DNA of 64,000 nucleotides from an uncultured Gemmatimonadales bacterium. GTDB lineage: Bacteria; Gemmatimonadota; Gemmatimonadetes; Gemmatimonadales; Gemmatimonadaceae. Below are positions 58,572-64,000 of the stretch, piece by piece. How positions within the stretch are numbered: the first letter of the stretch is position 1; every line of letters starts with the position of its first letter. Location of the stretch: positions 1,856,001-1,920,000 of the forward strand of contig OY969695.1 in NCBI GenBank assembly GCA_963701965.1, written 5' to 3'. Made by a program: the position numbers and the translations under genes. Below the pieces are notes generated by a model. The model searched no databases and had not been told where the DNA came from. It saw only the letters and a list, made by a program, of their open reading frames with translations.

Positions 58572-59302
58572 ATGGACGACGCGGCCCGGCTCGCGAGATG
58601 CAGGCGGCAGCGACTGCCGGATCAGGATACTCCGTCGACCAAGTGGCCTCGGCCGCGGCCGAGGCCGGGATCGACCCGCCGTTCGTGTCGCTCGCGCTGG
58701 CCGAACAGCGGCCGGCGCCGGCCGCGATCGACCGCGTCGCTGATTTGGTGTTCGGCCGCGACACATCCGAGCTCGTCGTCAGTCGACACATGGACGCGCC
58801 AGCCGGTCGGTGCCTCGGCGCGATCGGCCGGGCCCTGCGGTCCTCCGTCTGCCGCTGCGATCTCCTCGAGGCCGTCGGCGATCCGCTGGACGGCGGCACG
58901 CTCGTGTTCGCGCTGCCCGATGTTGGTTGGGACAAGTCCAGTCCCTGGGCGTATCTCCGCTGGATCGGCGCGCGGTACCTCTCCGCGTCCATCCGCCGCG
59001 ATCCCTCGGGCCCCGGTTGCACCGTTACGTATCACGCCGACATTGTCCGCGGCCGCCGGGCACTGGCCTGGACATCGTTGGGATTCGACGCGCTCGTCGG
59101 CGTGGTGGCGATCGCCGGAGGCATCGCCGCCGGCGGCTGGGAGGGGCTCCTCGCCCTGCCCGCCGTACCGCTCGCCGCGCTCTTCACCCGCGCCACGTTT
59201 CGGCTGTCGGCGCGACGGGCGCGCGACGAGATGGCGCGAGCGCTCGTGGGCGTCGACGGCGCGCTGCGCGGGGCCGACGTGTTCGGCGACGGAACAGTCT
59301 AG
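58572..59302 (+). CDS. Hypothetical membrane protein (probable missing base near 58596)
   Basis: YSVDQVASAAAEAGIDPPFV and two TMs. ATG 58572, with TAATCT 7 nt upstream, joins the 58598 frame if one G is added. Confidence 0.65.
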
Positions 59303-59316
59303 GCTACATTTCCCCC

Positions 59317-60201
59317 ATGTCCGTCACCGTCCGCCCGTTCACGGTCGGCCTGATCCAGGCCGCCGTCACGCCTGACATCCAGGCCAACATTCGCGACACG
59401 CACGCGAAGATCCGGGAGTGCGCCGCGCGCGGCGCCCAGATCATCTCGCTCCAGGAGCTGTTCGACGCGCCGTACTTCGCGCAAGCGTCGCGGGCCGAAC
59501 GCTTTGACCTGGCGGAGCCGATTCCCGGACCCACGGTCACCGCCATGCAAGCGCTGGCGCGGGAGTTGGCCGTCGTACTGATCGTGCCGATCTTCGAGCG
59601 ACAGGCGCCCGGTGTCTACCGCAACTCGGCGGCCGTCGTCGATGCCGATGGGTCGCTGCTCGGCGTGTATCGCAAGCTCCACATCCCGGACGATCCGCAG
59701 TACTACGAGAAGTACTATTTCGCGCCCGGGGAACACTTTCACGTGTGGCCGACGCGATACGCCACCGTCGGCACCCTGATCTGCTGGGACCAGTGGTTTC
59801 CCGAGGGCGCGCGGATCACGGCGCTCATGGGCGCGGACATCCTCTTCTATCCGACGGCGATCGGATGGCATCCGGCCGAGAAGGCCGCGGTGGGGAACGA
59901 CCAAGTCTCGGCCTGGCAGACGATCCAGCGGTCGCACGCGATCGCCAATGGCGTGTACGTCGCGGCGGCCAATCGCGTGGGATTCGAGGCCGAGTCGGGC
60001 ACCAATGGCATCGAGTTCTTCGGCCACTCGTTCATCTCCGATCCGTTCGGGCGCGTCGTCGCCGAGGCGGGCACCGAGCCCGCGATTCTGGTCGCGACGT
60101 GCGATCCGGCGGTGATCGAAGACACGCGGCGCAACTGGCCGTTTCTTCGCGATCGGCGCATCGATGCCTACGGGCCGATCGTGCAGCGCTACATCGGGTA
60201 A
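59317..60201 (+). CDS. aguB: N-carbamoylputrescine amidase-like carbon-nitrogen hydrolase
   Basis: LQELF, YRKLHIPDDP.YYEKYYF, ICWDQWFPE, WPFLRDRR. Adjacent to agmatine deiminase. Confidence 0.88.
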   Translation: MSVTVRPFTVGLIQAAVTPDIQANIRDTHAKIRECAARGAQIISLQELFDAPYFAQASRAERFDLAEPIPGPTVTAMQALARELAVVLIVPIFERQAPGVYRNSAAVVDADGSLLGVYRKLHIPDDPQYYEKYYFAPGEHFHVWPTRYATVGTLICWDQWFPEGARITALMGADILFYPTAIGWHPAEKAAVGNDQVSAWQTIQRSHAIANGVYVAAANRVGFEAESGTNGIEFFGHSFISDPFGRVVAEAGTEPAILVATCDPAVIEDTRRNWPFLRDRRIDAYGPIVQRYIG

Positions 60202-60206
60202 CGCGC

Positions 60207-61247
60207 ATGCCGCGGATGCCCGCCGAGTGGGAGCCCCACGAAGCGACCTGGATCGCCTGGCCCCACCACGAACCCGACTGGCCGGGGAAATTCGACGCGA
60301 TCCGGTGGGACTACGCCGAGATCGTGCGCGCGCTCGCCCCGTCGGAGCGCGTGGAGATCCTGTGCGCGGATGCCGGCGTCCGTGCCGACGCGACCGAAGC
60401 GCTCACGGCGCACGGCGTCCCGCCCTCGGCGTATCGGCTGCACGACGTCGCCACCGACCGGTCCTGGTTGCGGGACTCGGCGCCCACGGCCGTCGTGAGC
60501 GACGACGGGCGCGTGGCGTGGAATCAATGGCGGTTCAACGCGTGGGCCAAATACGATAACTACGCCCGGGACGCCCAGGTGCCGCGGGCGGTCGCGAAGG
60601 CGACGGGATTGCCGCTCGCCCAAGCCCAGCGGCCCGATGGCGCCGGGCCGGTCGTGCTCGAGGGCGGCGCCATCGAGCCCAACGGCGCAGGGATCCTGCT
60701 CGTCACCGAAGAATGTCTGCTCTCCGCCGTGCAGTGTCGCAATCCCGGTCTGTCGCGCGAGAGCTACGAGGCCGTGTTTCGCCAATACCTCGGCGTCCGG
60801 CAGACGCTGTGGCTGGGCGCGTCGTGCGCGGGCAATGATACGCACGGCCACGTCGACGACGTGGCCCGGTTCGTCGATCCGGACACCATCGTCCTGGCGT
60901 ACGAAGACGATCCCAACAATGTGAATCACGAGAGCTCGGCGGACAATCTCCGCCGGCTGGAGCTCGCGGGCGCCGACGACGGCGCGCTCCGCGTCGTCCG
61001 CCTCCCGTTTCCGCGGCCCGTGCTCATGGATGGGCAACGGCTCCCGGCCAGTTACGCCAATTTTTATATCGCCAATCGGGCCGTGCTGGTGCCGACGTTC
61101 AACGACCCCAATGATCGGGCGGCGCTCAACACGCTCGCCAATGTGTTCCCCGACCGGCAGGTCATCGGCATTCACGCCGTCGATCTCGTCTGGGGGTTTG
61201 GCACCCTCCACTGCCTCACGCAACAACAACCGCGCGGGCGACAATGA
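60207..61247 (+). CDS. aguA: Agmatine deiminase family protein
   Basis: MPAEWEPH, WLRD, LEGG, GHVD, ASYANFY, GTLHCLTQQQP. Confidence 0.92.
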   Translation: MPRMPAEWEPHEATWIAWPHHEPDWPGKFDAIRWDYAEIVRALAPSERVEILCADAGVRADATEALTAHGVPPSAYRLHDVATDRSWLRDSAPTAVVSDDGRVAWNQWRFNAWAKYDNYARDAQVPRAVAKATGLPLAQAQRPDGAGPVVLEGGAIEPNGAGILLVTEECLLSAVQCRNPGLSRESYEAVFRQYLGVRQTLWLGASCAGNDTHGHVDDVARFVDPDTIVLAYEDDPNNVNHESSADNLRRLELAGADDGALRVVRLPFPRPVLMDGQRLPASYANFYIANRAVLVPTFNDPNDRAALNTLANVFPDRQVIGIHAVDLVWGFGTLHCLTQQQPRGRQ

Positions 61248-61804
61248 TGCGACCGGGCACCCTGTTGGCGACGATCGTCTGCGTCGCCGCCTGCCACAAA
61301 GCGCCGCCGGCGGCCCCTCCGGCGCCCGCGGCCGCGCCCGACACGGTCGCCGCCGTTGATTCCGCCCGCCCGGCACCGATCCAGGAATGGACCGCGGGGA
61401 ACCTCGCCATCGGCAACGGCGTTTTCGTCGTGCGCGGCCGCCCCGGCGGCCGCGTGTACATTGGCGCGGGCAATGACAAGCAGACGATCACGCTCCTCGT
61501 CGATGCCGACGCAGTGACCGATTTCGTCGCCGAGCTCAATGGACGGCTGCCGCCGCACAAGGCCAAAGCCAATGCGCCCCCGGTCGTCTTGGAGGAGCCG
61601 GTGAGCGGCCGGACAATGTCGTTCGGCCGGCACGTGGCGAACGGGGCCTCGCGCTATCGCTTCTTTTTCTCCGATGAACGCGAGGGCAGCTTCTCGCTCC
61701 CGGCGACGCTGACGGAGACGAAGGCCATCCTCGGCGCGCTCACCCGCGGCGTACAGCTCGCGCGTCAGGCGCCACCCCCCGACCCTCCCCACACTGCGCC
61801 CTGA
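61244..61804 (+). CDS. Hypothetical lipoprotein
   Basis: Lipobox VAAC followed by a Pro/Ala linker. Confidence 0.65.
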   Translation: MMRPGTLLATIVCVAACHKAPPAAPPAPAAAPDTVAAVDSARPAPIQEWTAGNLAIGNGVFVVRGRPGGRVYIGAGNDKQTITLLVDADAVTDFVAELNGRLPPHKAKANAPPVVLEEPVSGRTMSFGRHVANGASRYRFFFSDEREGSFSLPATLTETKAILGALTRGVQLARQAPPPDPPHTAP

Positions 61805-61855
61805 CTCGCAGTTGCGCTCGCATGACGGACGGCCACGGCCGTTCGTCGTATAGGG

Positions 61856-63058
61856 GTGACACCCTGGCTGGCTCTGCTGCTCGCGGCACATACATCGGCC
61901 CCCGACAGCATCGCGCTCGACGCCGAGCGGCTTTTCCTGGTCGATCGGGTGATCGCCCACGGTGTCGCCGCCGGCGGGTATCCCGGCGCCGCGGTGGCGA
62001 TCGGGCGCCGCGACGGCACGGTCTGGCTCCGCGGCTACGGCTCGCAGGGCTGCGGCACCGGCGGCTCCCACACCCAAGTCGACCCCTCGCGTACAGTCTA
62101 CGACCTGGCGTCGCTGACCAAAGTCGTGGCCACGACGTCGGCGATCATGGTGTTGTACGATGAGGGCCGCATTCGCCTGGATGCGCCGGCCGCGCGCTAT
62201 CTGCCGCGCTGGGCGATCGGCGCGCGCGCGCACATCACGGTCCGCGACCTCCTTACGCATCGGTCCGGCCTGCCCGCGGGGCGGGACCTGTGGCGCGTGG
62301 CGCACTCCGCCGCCGGCGCCAAGCGCGCGGTGCTCAAGACCGCGCTCGAATACCCGGCCGGTGAGCACTACGTCTACTCGGATATCGGCGCCGACGTCCT
62401 CGGCTTGATCGTGGAAGCCGTTTCCGGCGAGCCGCTCGACCAGTTCGTGAACGAGCACGTGTTCCGGAAGCTGGGGATGACGTCGACGCGGTTTCGCCCG
62501 CCGCGCTCGTGGTCCGATCGCCTGGCGCGCACCGAGGCGCCGCCGGGTCGCGTCCATGATCGCAACGCGGCCGCGCTGGGTGGCGTCGCAGGCCACGCCG
62601 GATTGTTCTCCAGCGCCGCCGACCTCGCTGTGTTCGCGCGCATGATGCTGAATGGCGGACGGGTCGACGGGCAGGGCCCGCGGATCATCCGGGACTCGAC
62701 GGTGGCCCTGTTCACGCGCAAGGAGTTCGGCCGCCGCGCGCTGGGCTGGGACACCTGCGGCGGTGCCAGCTGCGGGCAGATCATGGACGAAGAGGCATTC
62801 GGCCACACGGGGTTCACCGGCACCAGCATCTGGATCGACCCGGCGCATGACCTGTTCGTGATCCTGCTGACGAACTGGGCCTGCGGCGACGAGGCGCATC
62901 CCGTGCCGCCGTGGGCAGCGCTCGCCGATGTGCGCGCCGACGTCGCCGACGTGGCCGAGACGGCGGCGCTGGCGTTCACATCCGACGCGCGGCCCACGAT
63001 CACGCTGCGATCGGATGGCGAGCGCGGGTGGCGCGCGTCCGGCGTTACGCTGCCCTAA
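61856..63058 (+). CDS. Serine hydrolase (beta-lactamase class C/esterase family)
   Basis: [35 protein letters not shown]. Confidence 0.92.
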   Translation: MTPWLALLLAAHTSAPDSIALDAERLFLVDRVIAHGVAAGGYPGAAVAIGRRDGTVWLRGYGSQGCGTGGSHTQVDPSRTVYDLASLTKVVATTSAIMVLYDEGRIRLDAPAARYLPRWAIGARAHITVRDLLTHRSGLPAGRDLWRVAHSAAGAKRAVLKTALEYPAGEHYVYSDIGADVLGLIVEAVSGEPLDQFVNEHVFRKLGMTSTRFRPPRSWSDRLARTEAPPGRVHDRNAAALGGVAGHAGLFSSAADLAVFARMMLNGGRVDGQGPRIIRDSTVALFTRKEFGRRALGWDTCGGASCGQIMDEEAFGHTGFTGTSIWIDPAHDLFVILLTNWACGDEAHPVPPWAALADVRADVADVAETAALAFTSDARPTITLRSDGERGWRASGVTLP

Positions 63059-63077
63059 AGAGATTAACTTTCCCGGG

Positions 63078-63800
63078 GTGAAGGCTATCGGAGCCGCCCC
63101 CCCGGCCGTCGTGCTCCTCTCCGGCGGTCTCGACTCGACCACGACGTTGGCGGTCGCCCGGCGCGAGGGATACGCGATCCACGCGCTGACGTTTCGCTAC
63201 GGCCAGCGGCACGCGCACGAGATCGACGCGGCGCGCCGGATCGCCGCCCAGGCCGGCGTCGTCCGCCACGAGATCGTCACCATCGACCTGCGCGCCTTCG
63301 GTGGCTCGGCGCTCACGGCCGACATCGCGGTCCCGAAGGACCGCGACCTGTTGGATACGAACGCCGAGATTCCGTCGACGTACGTGCCCGCGCGGAACAC
63401 GATCTTCCTGTCGTTCGCCCTGGCCTACGCCGAAGTGACGGGCGCCGCGGACATCTTCGTCGGCGTCAACGTGACGGACAGCTCCGGCTATCCCGACTGC
63501 CGGCCCGAGTACATCGCCGCCTTCGAGCGCGTCGCCAATCTCGCCACGCGCGCGGGCGTCGAAGGCACGACGCGCCTCCGCATCCGGGCACCCTTGATCG
63601 ATCTCACCAAGCGCGAGATCATCGCGCTCGGCCGCTCCCTCGGCATCGATTACGGTCTCACCACCAGCTGCTACGACCCGGACGCCGCCGGCGCCGCGTG
63701 CGGCCGCTGCAATGCCTGTCAGCTGCGACTCCGGGGTTTCGCCGAGGCCGGTCTCGCCGATCCGGCGCCGTACCAGCACGCGCGACTCACGCCCGCATGA
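63078..63800 (+). CDS. queC: 7-cyano-7-deazaguanine synthase
   Basis: LSGGLDS, YGQRH, TYVPARN, YPDCR, SCY..CGRCNAC. Confidence 0.97.
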   Translation: MKAIGAAPPAVVLLSGGLDSTTTLAVARREGYAIHALTFRYGQRHAHEIDAARRIAAQAGVVRHEIVTIDLRAFGGSALTADIAVPKDRDLLDTNAEIPSTYVPARNTIFLSFALAYAEVTGAADIFVGVNVTDSSGYPDCRPEYIAAFERVANLATRAGVEGTTRLRIRAPLIDLTKREIIALGRSLGIDYGLTTSCYDPDAAGAACGRCNACQLRLRGFAEAGLADPAPYQHARLTPA

Positions 63801-64000
63801 CCTACACCGTGCACGAGATCTTCTTCACGCTGCAGGGCGAGGGCGCGCACACGGGTCGACCCGCGGTCTTCTGTCGCTTCGCCGGCTGCAACCTGTGGTC
63901 GGGACGCGAGGAAGACCGCGCCTCGGCCGTCTGTCAGTTCTGCGATACCGACTTCGTGGGCATCGCGCCCGACGGCGGAAAATTCGCCACGCCCGACGCG
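63797..64000 (+). CDS. queE: 7-carboxy-7-deazaguanine synthase, Cx14Cx2C type (partial)
   Basis: [50 protein letters not shown] overlap with queC. Confidence 0.95.
   Translation, partial: MTYTVHEIFFTLQGEGAHTGRPAVFCRFAGCNLWSGREEDRASAVCQFCDTDFVGIAPDGGKFATPDA

Noticed and set aside
63078..64000. queCE as part of a DNA 7-deazaguanine modification (dpd) island
   Set aside because: No dpdA/tgt paralog or mobile context in the window. Ordinary queuosine synthesis is sufficient.

Overview
High-GC, gene-dense bacterial chromosome segment. Gene content and protein style suggest Gemmatimonadota (inferred, not tested). About 60 genes, mostly core or metabolic: rho-ruvX-mltG-thiE, rlmI-like, fpg, Tat-exported tldD with tldE, tdh-kbl, MPG, NYN RNase, a sigma54 two-component/outer-membrane operon, ilvE, PBP1A, M16/M19/M20/M28 peptidases, acnA, a GH30-like hydrolase, a Ser/Thr kinase, glycerate 2-kinase, aguBA and queCE. 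I saw no tRNA, rRNA, CRISPR, transposase or prophage. At least six single-base frameshifts in otherwise intact genes point to uncorrected read errors. Highlights: (1) a 194-aa HNH nuclease whose N-terminus resembles the PLMP/RRXRR region of IscB (IshB-like), preceded by a 136-nt multi-hairpin leader with a possible pseudoknot; (2) a c-di-GMP-I riboswitch with a visible switch helix upstream of the GH30-like lipoprotein; (3) small ORFs missing from the ORF track, including a 29-aa Lys/Arg-rich peptide with structured UTRs; (4) an operon with two apparently catalytically dead enzyme homologs; (5) a patatin-ferredoxin fusion; (6) a pentapeptide VNTR inserted in glycerate kinase; (7) a recurring leaderless-promoter signature.
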